NCBI GenBank assembly: GCA_963769025.1
Contig: CAVYKI010000002.1
Span: 382,364 to 446,363, forward strand
Reading direction: 5' to 3'
Length of the DNA: 64,000 nucleotides
From: an uncultured Verrucomicrobiae bacterium
GTDB lineage: Bacteria > Verrucomicrobiota > Verrucomicrobiia > Chthoniobacterales > Chthoniobacteraceae
In this document: in pieces, positions 19,601 through 31,344 of the stretch
How positions within the stretch are numbered: position 1 is the stretch's first letter
Layout of the letters: each line of letters opens with the position of its first letter
The notes under the pieces: generated by a model
Told to the model about the DNA's origin: nothing
Databases searched by the model: none
The model's input: only the letters and a program-made list of their open reading frames with translations
Translations under genes and position numbers: made by a program

Positions 19601-22600
19601 GGGTGTGGCGTTCTTCACGGATTCGTCCAGTGGCGGGCCGAACAGCTACTCAGGAGTGACCAACGTGAATGCCGGCACCCTTGCACGGCGGTGACGGTGC
19701 AGACGGGTGCGACCCTTTCGGGCACCGGCACGCTGGGCGGAGCGGTGACGATCAACGACGGCGGCTTCCTCAATCCCGGGACGAGCCCGGGGACGATCAC
19801 GGTGGCGAGCCGGGGCTGTGGGCGAACGGGACCGGGACGCTGTTCCTCAACAACGTGACCAACAGCTTCTTCAACGCGGCGACTCCGGCCGCCGGCCTGA
19901 AGGTGACCAACGGCGGGACGGTGAGCGTGACGAATGACGCACCGCTGGGTGCCCTCACAGCCGGGATCACCCTGAACAACGGCACGCTGCAGGCGAACGG
20001 GACATTCACGCTGACCGCCACGTGGCCAACAGCTACGCGGGCCCGACCTGGATCACCAACGGCGGCACGTTCAACGCGAATGTGCTCGGCGCGCTGCCCT
20101 CGACGGCGGCGGACGGCTTCGGCGGCATCGCCACCGTGCGCACGACGGTGATCATGGATCCGGTCGGCGCGATTCCCGCATCGAGCGCGCCTGCCCCGAG
20201 CACGGGCAGCTCGGTCCTGAATCTGGTCACAAATCAGGCCATCCAGGCATTGATCAGCCCGGATACCACGTCAGTCGTGAACCTGAACGCCAACACGCTC
20301 CTGATGGGCTTTGCGGGTGCCCCGATGGCTCCCACGACGGACCCCGCGGATTTCATGGGCTCCATCACCGGCGTCGGCGGCAAGCTGACCAAGGACGGCA
20401 CGAACTTCCAGACACTTTCCGGGACGGTGGCGAACACCTATGACGGCGTCACCACCATCCTCGGCGGCACGCTGGACCTGAACAAGACCCCGGGGGTGAA
20501 CGCCATTGCCGGGCACATCACGATCGGCGACGGCGCGACGACGCCCGGCCTGGATGTGCTGCGGCTGAGCGCGAGCAACCAGATCATCAACACCTCGATC
20601 CTCACGTTCTTCGGGACCGCCGGAAATGCCGGCACGTTCCGGATGTTCGGCAACAGTGAAACCGTGGGCGGCTTGGTGAGCACCGCCGACGCGGGCGTCG
20701 TGGGGAACGGCAATGTCGGCATCTCCATCCTCACGCTCGACGTGAACACGACCGACCGCGACTTCAGCGGCATCCTCGTGGACGGGGTCGGGATGGGCGG
20801 CACGCTGGAACTCGTCAAGAAAGGCACGGCGCAGCAGACCCTCTCGGGGACGTTGGCCAACACCTTCACCGGGAACACCACGATCACCGGCGGCACGCTC
20901 AACCTGAACAAGGCGGGTGCGATTGCGATCGGCGGGAACATCACCATCGGCGACGGCGCGACCACGCCGGGCGTGGATCTGCTGTTGCTGAATGGCACCG
21001 GCGGCAACCAGATCATCGACACCTCGATCCTCACGTTCTTCGGCACGGGCGGCAATGCCGGCACGTTCCGGATGAACAGCAGGAGCGAAGCCGTGGGCGG
21101 TCTGGTGAGCACCGGCAACGCGGGCATCGTGGAAAACGGCACCGCCGGCACCTCCACGCTCACGCTCGACGTGAACACGACCAACCGCGACTTCAGCGGC
21201 ATCCTCCAGAACGGCGCCGCTGGCACATTGGTCCTGACGAGGACCGGCACCGCCGAGCAGACGCTCTCCGGGACGGTGGCGAACACCTTCACCGGCCTGA
21301 CCACGGTGAATGCCGGCGTGCTCAACCTGAACAAGACGCCCGGAGTGAACGCGATCGCCGCAAACGTGACCATCGGCGACGGCGCCGGCGGCGCGAGCAG
21401 CGACATCCTGCGGCTCCTCGCCGCCAACCAGATTGCCGACGCCTCGGTGATGCTCATCAATGGAAGCAGCGGCAGGTTCGATCTGAACAACAACAACGAG
21501 ACCGTCGGCTCCATCGCGGACACCGGCGTCGTGACGCCGAGCGGCAGCAGCGTGACCCTCGGCAGCGCAACGCTCACCACGGGCGACAACAACAACACTA
21601 CGACCTTCAGCGGCGTCGTCAGCGGAATGGGTGGCAACCTGATCAAGGAAGGCACCGGCACCTTCACCCTCGCCGGACCGAACACCTACACGGGGACGAC
21701 CAACGTCAACAACGGCATCCTCCGCGCGGCCAACGCCACGGCGCTGGGCACCGCGGCGGGCAACACGGTCGTGGCCACCGGCACGTCGCTTCAAGTCGCC
21801 AATGGCACTGCGCTCGGCGCGGAACCGGTGGTCCTCAACGGCTTCGGCTTCGGCGGCATCGGCGCGCTGACGCAGGATGTGAACGGCACCTCCAGCTTCG
21901 CCGGGCCCATCACCGTGGCGACGAATTCGAGCATCAGCACCAACGGCACCGGCACCTTCACGCTCACCGGGGCCATTGAAAAGGATGCGACCACGCTGAC
22001 CCTCCGGGGCGGCGGCACGATCGTCATCTCGGGAGGAATCAACGGCGCGACCGCCTTCAGCTCGGACCTCGTGGTGGACGGCACGGGCGCCGGCGGGGTT
22101 ACGGTCGTCACGATCGACACGCTTCCCAGCTCCTATGCCGGGCCGACGTGGATCACGAATGGCGGAACGCTCAATGCCAATGTCGTCGGCGCACTGCCCT
22201 CGACGGTGGCGGACGGCGGCATCGCGGCAATCCGCACGACGGTCATCATGGATCCCACCGCGGCCATCTCCGGTTCACCGGCGCCTTCCCCGAGCACGGG
22301 CAGTTCGAAATTGAACCTCGGTGCCAGCCAGGCGATCCAATCGCTCACCGGTGCGAACGCAACCTCGCAGGTGAACCTGAACGCGAACCTGCTGACCATC
22401 GGCACGGCCGCGGGCACGACGACCTTCGCCGGCAGCATCGTGGGCGCAGGCGGCAGCATCACCAAGGACGGCGCCAGCACTCAGGTGCTCTCCGGAAACA
22501 GCAGCTACTCCGGCACCACCACGCTGAATGCAGGCGTATTGGGAGCCGGATCCTCCAAGGCGCTCGGCAATGCCAATCTCACGGTCAACGCGGGCACGTT

Positions 22601-23293
22601 GATGACGGTGGGCGGGCCGTTCGCGGTGAACATCGGCGCCGGCAACATTGCGTTCCCCGGCGGCACGATCGTGACGGCGGACGCCTCGGGATCTACGGCA
22701 CCTACTTCACCGAGAATTTCCATCTCGATGCAGCGGTGAATGGCGGCCTCAACAGCTACAAGACCCGCCGCACCACGCCGAACAACACCAGCGCCGCCGG
22801 CAGCACCGATGGTTCGGAAATCAACGTCCTCGTCGCCGCGGGCTACGACTGGAAATTGGGCGGCCTGACCGTCGGCCCGACGGCCAGTTACCAGTACACG
22901 AATGTGAACCTGGACGGCTTCACCGAGACGGGGGCCTTTGCCCCGCTGCGCGTCGCCGGCCAGACTGCGGAATCCTCCCGCACCGCCCTGGGCATCCGCG
23001 CGTTCTTCGACACGCAGGTCATGGGTGTGGCAGTCCGGCCCGAGGCGAAGCTCGCCTGGCAGCATGAGTTCGGCGACAACGGGTTCTCGATCACGTCCAA
23101 CTTCGCGACGCTGGGCGGGAATGCGTTCACCGTCAACGGACCGGTCATCGGGCGCGACAGCCTGCTCATGAGCGCGGGCTTCACGATCCTGTGGAACGAG
23201 CGCTTCGCGACCTACTTCTTCTATGATGGCGAGGTGGGCCGCTCGAACTACGACTCGCACAACATCTCCGGCGGCTGCCGCCTCCGCTTCTAG
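16608..23293 (+). CDS. large autotransporter: N-terminal metalloprotease-like domain, passenger-associated repeats, truncated beta-barrel; broken by frameshifts and deletions
   Basis: Extended signal peptide from ATG 16608 (frameshift in G run ~16730); HEINEVLG/MDLFRY; many K.G.GTL.L...NTYTG.T repeats; C-terminal barrel strands ending in Phe. Confidence 0.8.
20030..22400 (+). repeat. internal repeats in the autotransporter passenger
   Basis: SYAGPTWITNGG...QAIQ block at ~20030 and ~22130; ~140-aa tandem units QTLSGT.ANT...DVNTT.RDFSGIL starting ~20410, ~20835, ~21260. Confidence 0.8.
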
Positions 23294-23567
23294 CGCGGAA
23301 CGCGCTCCTTCGTCCGTCGCAGCGCGAACACAGACACGGGAAGTGCGGCGATCCCGGCGCGATGGCGCTGGGCAGGCGGGCCGCACGGGTTCGCGACCCT
23401 TTGGCGTGTGCGTATGCCCGGTCAAATAGCGAACGTCGGCAATTCAGACTACGCGCTGCAGAGCCCGGAACAGGGGGCTGCAGCGCGTGTCCGAAGCGAT
23501 TTGCAAAGGATGTGATGTGGGCCATTTCCAAACGGGGGGAATGCGCTACGTTCCCGGTTCCGAATCC

Positions 23568-24177
23568 ATGAACGTAACCAACGTCAGATTTCAAATCAGC
23601 GCGCCGGATCTTGCTTCGTGCCCGGATTCGGAGCTGCGGGAGTTCGCGTTCATCGGGCGTTCGAATGTCGGAAAGTCATCGCTGCTCAACATGCTCGCCG
23701 GTGCGAAGACGCTGGCGAAAGTCTCCGCGACGCCGGGGCACACGCAGCTGATCAATTTTTTCCCGGTGAACAGTGCGTGGACGCTCGTCGATCTGCCGGG
23801 CTACGGCTACGCGCGGACGGCGGGGGGGGATCGCGATCGATTCCAGCAGATGATCGCCGGCTACCTCACCGGGCGGGAGAATCTGGCGGGCGTGTTTGTG
23901 CTGATCGACTCGCGGCATCCGCCCCAGCAGATCGATTTGGAATTTGTGCAGTGGCTGATCACGGAGTCGGTGCCATTCGCACTCGTCTTCAGCAAGGCGG
24001 ACACGGTGAAGGCGGGGCTCCTGCAAAAGAACATCGAGCTTTTCCAGGCGAAGATCGCGCCGTGGTGCGGTGACGTTGCCGAGGGTTTTCATCACGTCGG
24101 CGGAGACGCGGATTGGGCGGCGCGAGCTGCTCGCTTTCATCGGGGAGGCGTTGGAGGGTGTGGGATCGTTTGCCTGA
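23568..24177 (+). CDS. engB: ribosome biogenesis GTPase EngB/YihA/YsxC (apparent frameshift near 24075)
   Basis: GRSNVGKSS, PGHTQ, DLPGYGY, SKAD; C-terminus VFITSA...ELLAFI in the adjacent frame. Confidence 0.9.
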
Positions 24178-24189
24178 GTGCGGATGCCG

Positions 24190-25302
24190 ATGACTCTCGA
24201 GGATCTCGGTTGGAACGCGGCGTTTGAGGCGGAGTTTGCCCCGTATCTCCGCGAGGGCTGGAAACCGGCGCGGCTGATCCGCGACAACAAGATCACCTAC
24301 GGCGCGCTGCTCGCGGACGGGGAGGAACTGGAGGTGACGATGAGCGGCAAGATCTACCACGATGCGAAAACCGATGCTGAATTGCCGGCGGTGGGCGACT
24401 GGGTGGCATTGGAAATCGGCGGCGAAGACGACGAGACGATGATCCGCGCGCGGCTCACGCGGCAGACATGCCTCTCGCGCAAGATGTCGGGCCGGAGCAC
24501 GGAGGAGCAGGTCATCGCGGCGAATGTCAACGTGGTGGTCGTGGTCACGGATGCGGGATCGGATTTCAGCCAGCGGCGGATGGAGCGCTACTTCGCCATC
24601 ATCGGGAAGAGCCGCGCGAAGGCCGTGGTGCTGGTGAACAAGGCGGATCTTTTTTCCGACACGCAGAATCGCGAGGCCGCGGACGCCATCCGTGCGCTCA
24701 ATCCGGAGGCGGACGTGCACATCACCAGCGCGGAAAAGGGGACGAGCCTGAAGGTGCTGAAGCAGTACCTGAAGCGCGGCGTCTCGATGACGCTGGTCGG
24801 ATCGAGCGGCGTGGGGAAATCATCGATCGTGAACCACCTCCTCGGGGACGATTACCAGTGGACCGACGAGGTGAACGAGACCACTGGCAAAGGCCGCCAC
24901 AGCACGACGGCGCGCGAGCTGTTCGTCCTGCCGGCCGGCGGAATCCTGATCGATAATCCGGGCATTCGGGAAATCCACATGTGGACCGACGAGACGACGC
25001 TGCGCGAGCGCTTCGCCGACATCGAGGAACTGGCCGCCCAGTGCAAATTTTACGACTGCAAACACGGCACGGATGCGGGCTGCGCGATTCGCGCGGCGAT
25101 GGCTGCGGGCAAGCTGAGCAAGGAGCGCTTCGAGGGTTTTCAGAAACTGGAGGAAGAGCTCGAAAAGCTCCGTCTCAGCCGGAAGAAACGGCAGATGACC
25201 GGCGACCGCCACATCCGGCGGCAGCAGCAGGGGAAGGCGCGGCGGTATGCGGAGCGCAGCGAGCGCGAGCACGAGCACGAGCCGCGGCGGAAGCGGGATT
25301 AG
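24190..25302 (+). CDS. rsgA: small ribosomal subunit biogenesis GTPase RsgA
   Basis: PAVGDWV, NKAD, GSSGVGKSS, GRHSTT, DNPG, zinc site CKFYDCKH...GC. Confidence 0.95.
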   Translation: MTLEDLGWNAAFEAEFAPYLREGWKPARLIRDNKITYGALLADGEELEVTMSGKIYHDAKTDAELPAVGDWVALEIGGEDDETMIRARLTRQTCLSRKMSGRSTEEQVIAANVNVVVVVTDAGSDFSQRRMERYFAIIGKSRAKAVVLVNKADLFSDTQNREAADAIRALNPEADVHITSAEKGTSLKVLKQYLKRGVSMTLVGSSGVGKSSIVNHLLGDDYQWTDEVNETTGKGRHSTTARELFVLPAGGILIDNPGIREIHMWTDETTLRERFADIEELAAQCKFYDCKHGTDAGCAIRAAMAAGKLSKERFEGFQKLEEELEKLRLSRKKRQMTGDRHIRRQQQGKARRYAERSEREHEHEPRRKRD

Positions 25303-25572
25303 TCACCGCTGTTTCGTGCCGGGCGGCGTGCGGCCCGGGCCGAAATATTTCTCGCTGCGGTAGCGGAGCCAGACGCGGAGGACTTGCGGGATTTTCTCCC
25401 GCTCGGCCTTGGTGAGCGTTTCATAAAGGGCGAGCGCCTTCTCGCGTTCGCCGCGGCAGGCGCGGTTGTTGTGCGCGTCCCATGCGCTGCGCGCGGCGCG
25501 GATGCGGCGGCAGGTTTCCTTGATGAGGGCTTCGCCAACGAGCGGTTGGGTGTTGTTCGTTTTCGCGGGCAT
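25303..25572 (-). CDS. small basic helical hypothetical protein (89 aa)
   Basis: Clean ORF 18 bp after the methyltransferase stop; WDAHNN.ACR and IPQVLRVWLRYRSEKYFG look conserved. Confidence 0.7.
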   Translation of the reverse strand: MPAKTNNTQPLVGEALIKETCRRIRAARSAWDAHNNRACRGEREKALALYETLTKAEREKIPQVLRVWLRYRSEKYFGPGRTPPGTKQR

Positions 25573-25590
25573 CGCGGAAGGACGGTGCCG

Positions 25591-27123
25591 CTAGCGCGCG
25601 AGCTTGCGGTACAATTCCATCCGGCACTCGAAACCGCCGAGGTCCACGGCCTGGCGTGACTCGAGCTTGAGCGAGGGCTGGGGGCTTTCCATGTGGAAGG
25701 GATTTGTGAAGACGAGCCGGCCGCCGGGAGCGAGGACTTTGGCGGCGACGGCGAAGAGATCCTCGAAGAGACCGCGGAGGTTGCGGATCGGAATTCGCCG
25801 GCCGAGGGGCGGATTGCTGATGATGAGCGTGAGGCCGGCGAGATTCTCCTCGCGCGCAAAATCGCGGAAATCGCCGCAGGTGAAACGTGCCCCGGCGAAG
25901 CCTGGCTGCGCAGCGGCGAAGTTCCGCCTCGCGATGTCGATGGCCTGATCGCTGAGGTCGGTGCCGCGGACGCTGCGCACGCCGCCGAGCAGGGCGCGCT
26001 CGATGAGTTCGAGGCCCGATCCGCAAAACGGATCCCAGATGCTTTCATTTTCCTGCCGACCGGCGAGCCGCGCCATGCATGCGGCGAGCGGCGGGTGGGA
26101 GGCGGCTGGGACATCGTCGAGGCGATACGCGTGACGCGGATCCGGCGAAATGCGCGGCCGCAATTCGACCGAATCGCCCTGACCCGCGGGATGAATGTCG
26201 ATCGCCCACGGCGCCTCGCGCGCGTCGTTGAGGATTTGCGGACAAAGCGCATAGGCGCGGTTCGCCACGTCGCGCACAGCCGCGCGCTGGTGCCCCTTCG
26301 CGACAAACTCGAGCCGGTAGCGGATGGCGCCGGCAGTGAGTGCGGTGAGCAGGCGCTGCGACAGGGGGGACGCAATGGCGGACGCGAGCGACTCGATGGA
26401 CGCAGCCTCGCTCGCGGAATTTACGATACCGAGGACGAAGCCCATGGTTCCAAAGCAGCGGAGCGCAAAAATGTCGTCGAGCGTGAACGGCGCGGACGCG
26501 CTGATCGCCACGAGCCCCGGCTGCACCTCGAGGACGCGGAATTTTCCCTGCGCCTCCACTTCCTCGCGGACGATGCGCTCCAATCCCTCACGTCCGCGAA
26601 GGTGGATGCGCAACCCGGTGAAATCGGGGATCGCGCTGTCCAAGCGGATCGTGCTCGGACTCTGGCTGCGCGCGACTTTGGCCCGCACCTTCTGTTCGGT
26701 CTGCGCGGGCAAAGCGCCGGTTTCCGCGAGGATTTCCAGCGTGGCCTCGCCGCCGATTTTGTCGAGCGTCCGTCCGAGATACTTCGCCTCCCGCTCGCTC
26801 GTGCCGGTGCGCAGGATGCCGAGCAGGTCCGCCTCCTCGCTGGCGCCGGCGCCGATCTTTGGCAGAGCGGCCATGGCGTAGCGGCGGACTTTTTCCTCGG
26901 GATCCTGCAGCAGGCTCCGCAGCCATCGTCTCACCTCGTCCTTTTGCTCCTTGGGGCCGGATTCGGGAAAGACCACGCCGACCGCGCGGATGACGGATAC
27001 GGTGTCGAAACGCTCCCGCGCCGTCGCGCGATTGAATCGCGCGACATCCTGCGTCCAGAGTTGTTCCCACGGGACGGCGCGCAACTGCCTGTAGAGTTCC
27101 TTGCCGGTATTGCCGCTTTTCAT
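25591..27123 (-). CDS. HEAT-repeat N-terminus fused to a UPF0020/RlmL-like SAM-dependent methyltransferase
   Basis: LLQDPEEKVRRYAMAALPKIG HEAT repeat; LAACM, WDPFCGSG, GTD, ISNPP. Confidence 0.8.
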   Translation of the reverse strand: MKSGNTGKELYRQLRAVPWEQLWTQDVARFNRATARERFDTVSVIRAVGVVFPESGPKEQKDEVRRWLRSLLQDPEEKVRRYAMAALPKIGAGASEEADLLGILRTGTSEREAKYLGRTLDKIGGEATLEILAETGALPAQTEQKVRAKVARSQSPSTIRLDSAIPDFTGLRIHLRGREGLERIVREEVEAQGKFRVLEVQPGLVAISASAPFTLDDIFALRCFGTMGFVLGIVNSASEAASIESLASAIASPLSQRLLTALTAGAIRYRLEFVAKGHQRAAVRDVANRAYALCPQILNDAREAPWAIDIHPAGQGDSVELRPRISPDPRHAYRLDDVPAASHPPLAACMARLAGRQENESIWDPFCGSGLELIERALLGGVRSVRGTDLSDQAIDIARRNFAAAQPGFAGARFTCGDFRDFAREENLAGLTLIISNPPLGRRIPIRNLRGLFEDLFAVAAKVLAPGGRLVFTNPFHMESPQPSLKLESRQAVDLGGFECRMELYRKLAR

Positions 27124-27337
27124 TCGGGAATAGGGATGCGCGTGGTCATTTGATCAATGAGGGAAAATCGAAGCGCCGCGCCCGGACTGCGGGGTCCGAA
27201 AACTCCATGCGGCAAAAGACCCGGAGGCCGTGCGCCTCGCTCTCCCAGTCGTTTGGAACGCTGTTCCTTCGGATCGGCTGGGCCGGAAAACCGTGCTCCG
27301 CGCGCGGCGCCTGACCAATCCTTGCGCCCGGCTGCGT

Positions 27338-27610
27338 TCAGTTTTTCCTGATGTGCTTTGTCACCGTGTTGCTCGCCGCCTTCGTGACGCCGGTGTACAG
27401 GCTCTTCAGGATTCCGATTGGCAGGCCGAGAATGCTTCTTTCCAACTGCGTCGTACCGCTCGAGCTGGTCGTGGATGTGGAACTGGTGGTGAGGGCGTCC
27501 GCAGCCGTGGCGGTTTGGAGGGGCGCGCCGATGCAAATGAGAGCGGTGATGAGCGCCGTCGCGATGCGAAATGACGTGGCTGTCTGCGGAAGCGATGGGA
27601 GGGTTTGCAT
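27338..27610 (-). CDS. small putative secreted hypothetical protein
   Basis: Signal-like segment ending ATA-AD, Ser/Thr linker, amphipathic C-terminal helix. Confidence 0.45.
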   Translation of the reverse strand: MQTLPSLPQTATSFRIATALITALICIGAPLQTATAADALTTSSTSTTSSSGTTQLERSILGLPIGILKSLYTGVTKAASNTVTKHIRKN

Positions 27611-27736
27611 GGGTTGGCGATGGTTTGGGTGCCTGTGTGTTGCCGGCGGCGGCGATGGTTGGGGCGTGTCTAGCCGCAGGTGATGGGCGCGGCAAGGGCG
27701 ATTCCGCCCTTAAAGCCGTGAGGCATGCGGCAAGGC

Positions 27737-28618
27737 TCAGTGCTTGGGCGCGCGGACGGTGTTCTCATCCACGTCGCGCTGGCGACGGGTGAGGATCTTG
27801 TCGGCGGTCTCGCCGACCATCTGCTCGATGAGCAGGCGGAGGTGGCTGCCAGGCCGATAGTCGGCGGGCGCGATGTGGCGGACGCGGTCGGCGGTGCCGA
27901 CGAGCTGGTAGCACTTGCGGAAGCTGTTCCGCGAGGCGTCGTCGGGATTGTAAACGGCGATGGCGTGGCCGCCGTGCTGGCGGACGACGGTGAAGCACGG
28001 CACATCGGTCGGGCCGTCGCCGATGTAGATCATGTGGTCGAACGGAATCGGGCGCAGGTCGGGCGGCATGTGGTCGTTCACATCCTGCGAGTGGTCGAGC
28101 ATGCCCTTGTTGATGCGGAAGAGGAATTGCGTCTTCTGCGTGTGGCTGATGACGCGCTTTGGGAATGCGATGCGGCCCGTGGAGTCCTCGGCAAATTCGC
28201 AGGCGAAGATCGAGCGGATGTAGGGGGCGAGCCGCGAGCCGTCGAGCAGGGCCTTGATGCCGCTGCTGATGATGTAGTGCTCGATCTTGATGCCGAGCGT
28301 CTCGTGTTCCGACCGGAGCAGGCCGGTCTTGAACTGCTCGAACATCTCCGGGAGGCCGGGGTAAAATTTGAGGCCCGCGCCGAGTTCGCGCAGGTGCTTG
28401 TTCGTCGGGCGGTCCATGCCGAGGTAGTCGAGCAGCGCCTTGAGGTAGGCGAGTTCGTTGTCGTAGCCCTCGTCGCGGACGAGCGCGTGGCAGCGCTGCC
28501 AGAATTTCGGCGGATCGATGCCGAACGACGGAAAGAGGACCTCGTCCTGCATGTAGTTCGGCGAGAGCGTCTGGTCGTAGTCGAAGACGATCGCGATGGT
28601 GTTCTGGGGGACGGCCAT
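27737..28618 (-). CDS. HAD-superfamily hydrolase
   Basis: FDYDQTL motif I, IISSG motif [10 protein letters not shown] motif IV. Confidence 0.9.
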   Translation of the reverse strand: MAVPQNTIAIVFDYDQTLSPNYMQDEVLFPSFGIDPPKFWQRCHALVRDEGYDNELAYLKALLDYLGMDRPTNKHLRELGAGLKFYPGLPEMFEQFKTGLLRSEHETLGIKIEHYIISSGIKALLDGSRLAPYIRSIFACEFAEDSTGRIAFPKRVISHTQKTQFLFRINKGMLDHSQDVNDHMPPDLRPIPFDHMIYIGDGPTDVPCFTVVRQHGGHAIAVYNPDDASRNSFRKCYQLVGTADRVRHIAPADYRPGSHLRLLIEQMVGETADKILTRRQRDVDENTVRAPKH

Positions 28619-28681
28619 GCGGGGAGAATCAGCGGAAGGGGAGTGGAGTGCGAAGCATTTTCTCCCGCGCGTGGCGGTCGC

Positions 28682-29566
28682 TCACGCCACGATGTGGGTG
28701 AGCGCCGGGGCGATCTGGGGGAACTGGAAGCCGAAACCTTCCGCCGTGGCTGCTGCGGGAAGCACGCGCTTGCTGTCGAGCAGCTCGTGGGAAAAATCGC
28801 GGAGCAGCAGCCGGAGCACGAATGCGGGCACGGCGAGAAATGCGGGGCGATGCAGGCTGCGGGCGAGCGCGGCGGTGAAGTCGGCGTTGCGCACGGGCCA
28901 CGGCGCCGTGGCGTTCAGCGGGCCGCGCGCGTCGAGATTCTCGATGGCAAAAAGGAGCACGCGCGCGAGATCCTCGACGTGGATCCACGAGAGCCACTGG
29001 CGTCCGCTGCCGAGCCGTCCGCCGAGGCCGAGGCGGAAAAGCGGGAGCATCATGCGAAGCGCGCCGCCGCCTTTGCCCAGCACGAGGCCGATGCGCGTGC
29101 GGACCACGCGGCAGACCGGTTCCGCGGCGCGCGCCTCCGACTCCCACTCGCGGCACGTGTCCGCGAGAAAGCCCGTGCCGGGCGGCGATTCCTCGGTGAT
29201 TTCGGCTTCGCCGCTGTCGCCGTAAAAGCCGATGGCGCTCGCGGACACGAGGACATCCGGCGGATGCGACGCGGCGCGGATGGCCTCCGCGATCCGGCGT
29301 GTGCCGAGGACGCGGCTGTCGCGGATGCGCTTCATTTTTTCACGGGTCCAGAGGCCCGCGACATTTTCCCCGGCGAGATGGATCACCGCGTTGCAGCCGG
29401 TGAGATCGGGCGGCTCGTCCGTCGTGAATTTTCGCGTCTCGATGCAGTCGTGCACCGGTCGCGAGGGATCGCGCGTGAAGGCGACGACTTCGTAGCCGCG
29501 GCGCACCGCGAGGCGGATGACGTGCCGGCCGACGAATCCGGTCGCGCCGGTGAGGGCGAGTTGCAT
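28682..29566 (-). CDS. TIGR01777 family NAD-dependent epimerase (YfcH-like)
   Basis: TGATGFVG, HLAGENV, SASAIGFYG, GSGRQWLSWIH. Confidence 0.9.
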   Translation of the reverse strand: MQLALTGATGFVGRHVIRLAVRRGYEVVAFTRDPSRPVHDCIETRKFTTDEPPDLTGCNAVIHLAGENVAGLWTREKMKRIRDSRVLGTRRIAEAIRAASHPPDVLVSASAIGFYGDSGEAEITEESPPGTGFLADTCREWESEARAAEPVCRVVRTRIGLVLGKGGGALRMMLPLFRLGLGGRLGSGRQWLSWIHVEDLARVLLFAIENLDARGPLNATAPWPVRNADFTAALARSLHRPAFLAVPAFVLRLLLRDFSHELLDSKRVLPAAATAEGFGFQFPQIAPALTHIVA

Positions 29567-29584
29567 GGGTGCTTCAGCGCTGCG

Positions 29585-30501
29585 CTAAAATTTGCGGTGC
29601 AGCCAGCCGTAGGGGAACTGGTCGCCGGGGCAGTCAGTGGGCCATTGCGGCGGGTTGATTTCCTTGTGGGCGCGGACGACGGCGGACTGGCCCTGGATTT
29701 TGCCGACCTTGCGGCGGAGGTAATCGATGAGCTCGGCGAGCGCGTCGAGCTGGCCCTTGCGGGGCGTGCTCCGGTTGAAATCGCCGACGAGGCAGATGCC
29801 GATGGCGATGTTGTTCAGGTAGTCGCTGTGGACGTGGCCGCCCTGCAATCTGCCGGTGCCAGCGGTTGCCGATCTCGATGGCGCCGTCCTTCGTCGAGGT
29901 GCCGTTGCCGATGACGAAGTGATAGGCGAGGCCGTTCGGCATTTTCCGGACAAAGCGATGGTAGTGCTCAAAGGCGGAGGCTCTGCCCTGCTTGGTGCCG
30001 CTGTTGTGCACGACGATGTAGCGCCAGCGGCCGCGCGTGACCGATGCGCGATCGATCGCCCGGCGGACGGTGCTGGTGAGATATTTGTAGTTCGCCCCGC
30101 CGCTGCCGAAGAGCCGCGACCAGACGCTCTCCGCCTTGGGCGGCGGCTCGTGATCCTCGTCGGGCAGCGGACCGATGGCGCTCTCGCGGACGACGATGTT
30201 CGGCTGGGACGGGGAGGGGGTGAAATTCGGGGCGGGCTTCGGCGTGGTGACGGGCAGCGGCGTGGGGCGCGCCACCGGTTGCGGGGTCGGACGTGCGACG
30301 GGCGGGCTGCCGATGGGTGTCGTGCGCGGCTTGGGCTTCGGGTCCCGGTTCGGGCGGCGGCGTGTAGGGGATGGTGGTCATCTCCTCGCGGGCCTTCAGG
30401 AAAAGGCGACGCTTTTCCTCGTCCGAGATCGGCTGCTGGGCGGGCAGGCGGAAGACGACGATGCAAAGCAGGACGAGAAACAGGACTGAACGGTGGCGCA
30501 C
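29585..30501 (-). CDS. Amidase_2/PGRP-like N-acetylmuramoyl-L-alanine amidase with Pro-rich linker (apparent frameshifts ~30355, ~29855)
   Basis: WRYIVVHNS, YHFVIGNG, GGHV, IGICLVGDF, HKE...TDCPG across frames. Confidence 0.85.
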
Positions 30502-30601
30502 GGAAACGCACGCTAGGAACTCCGCGCCGCTGCCGCAAGCCCGGCGACGAAATGCGAGGGATGTTTTGCCGCGATGCGCGCGGCGCCATTATGCTGCCGC
30601 C

Positions 30602-31256
30602 GTGAAGCTCGAACTGCCCGCTGACCGGATCGCCGTGAAAATATGCGGCATCACCAACCGCGACGACGCGCTCGCCGCGGTGGATGCGGGCGCGGATCTG
30701 CTCGGCTTCAATACGTGGCCGGGGACGAAGCGCTTTGTGGACATCGCGCGGAATGCGGATTGGATCGCGGCGCTCCCGCGGCCGGTGGTGCGCGTCGCGC
30801 TGCTGGTGAATGCGACGCCGGAGGAAACGGAGCGCATCGCGGCGTTCCCGTTTGTCGATGCGCTGCAGTTCCACGGCGACGAGGATGCGGATTTCTGCCG
30901 CTGGGTCGCGAGGCTCGGCAAGCCGATCATCAAGGCCCTCCGCGCGCGGGATCGCGGCGTCCTCGCGCAGGCCGGGAGTTTTTCCACGCCGCACATCCTG
31001 CTCGATGCGCACGTGCCGGGCGAATTCGGCGGGACCGGCGCGCGAGTGGATCTGGAGCTCGTGCGCGAGTTCAAGGCAGCAGCATCCGGCGCTCACGCTG
31101 TGGCTGGCCGGCGGGCTCGTGCCTGCGAATGTGGCCGAAGCCGTGCGCGCGGTGTGGCCTGCGGTGGTGGATGTTTCGAGCGGCGTGGAAATGGAGCCGG
31201 GCAGGAAGGACGCCGCGAAAATGCGCGCGTTTGCAGAGGCTGCGAAGCGGGCCTGA
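30602..31256 (+). CDS. trpF: phosphoribosylanthranilate isomerase (apparent frameshift ~31080)
   Basis: VKICGIT, QFHGDE, LLDA...GGTG, LAGGL...NV, DVSSGVE. Confidence 0.9.
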
Positions 31257-31344
31257 GTGTGATTGGAATGACGGCGTCCGGGCGTTAAAAGCCGCGCCTT
31301 TGGCAAGTTGGCCCGCCATTTGCTCCCGTAGGGCTCACGAATCC

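Noticed and set aside
20030..22400. Diversity-generating retroelement template/variable repeats
   Set aside because: No reverse transcriptase in the window; differences are not adenine-specific and both copies are coding.
23294..23500. Structured RNA after the autotransporter
   Set aside because: Several GC-rich hairpins, but single copy, no recognisable motif, and expected by chance at this GC content.
27725..29914. Long alternative ORFs (e.g. 27725-29914 +, 55564-57681 +, the N-terminal extension of 61208-63775 -)
   Set aside because: Antisense shadows of real genes, expected in high-GC DNA; no recognisable motifs.
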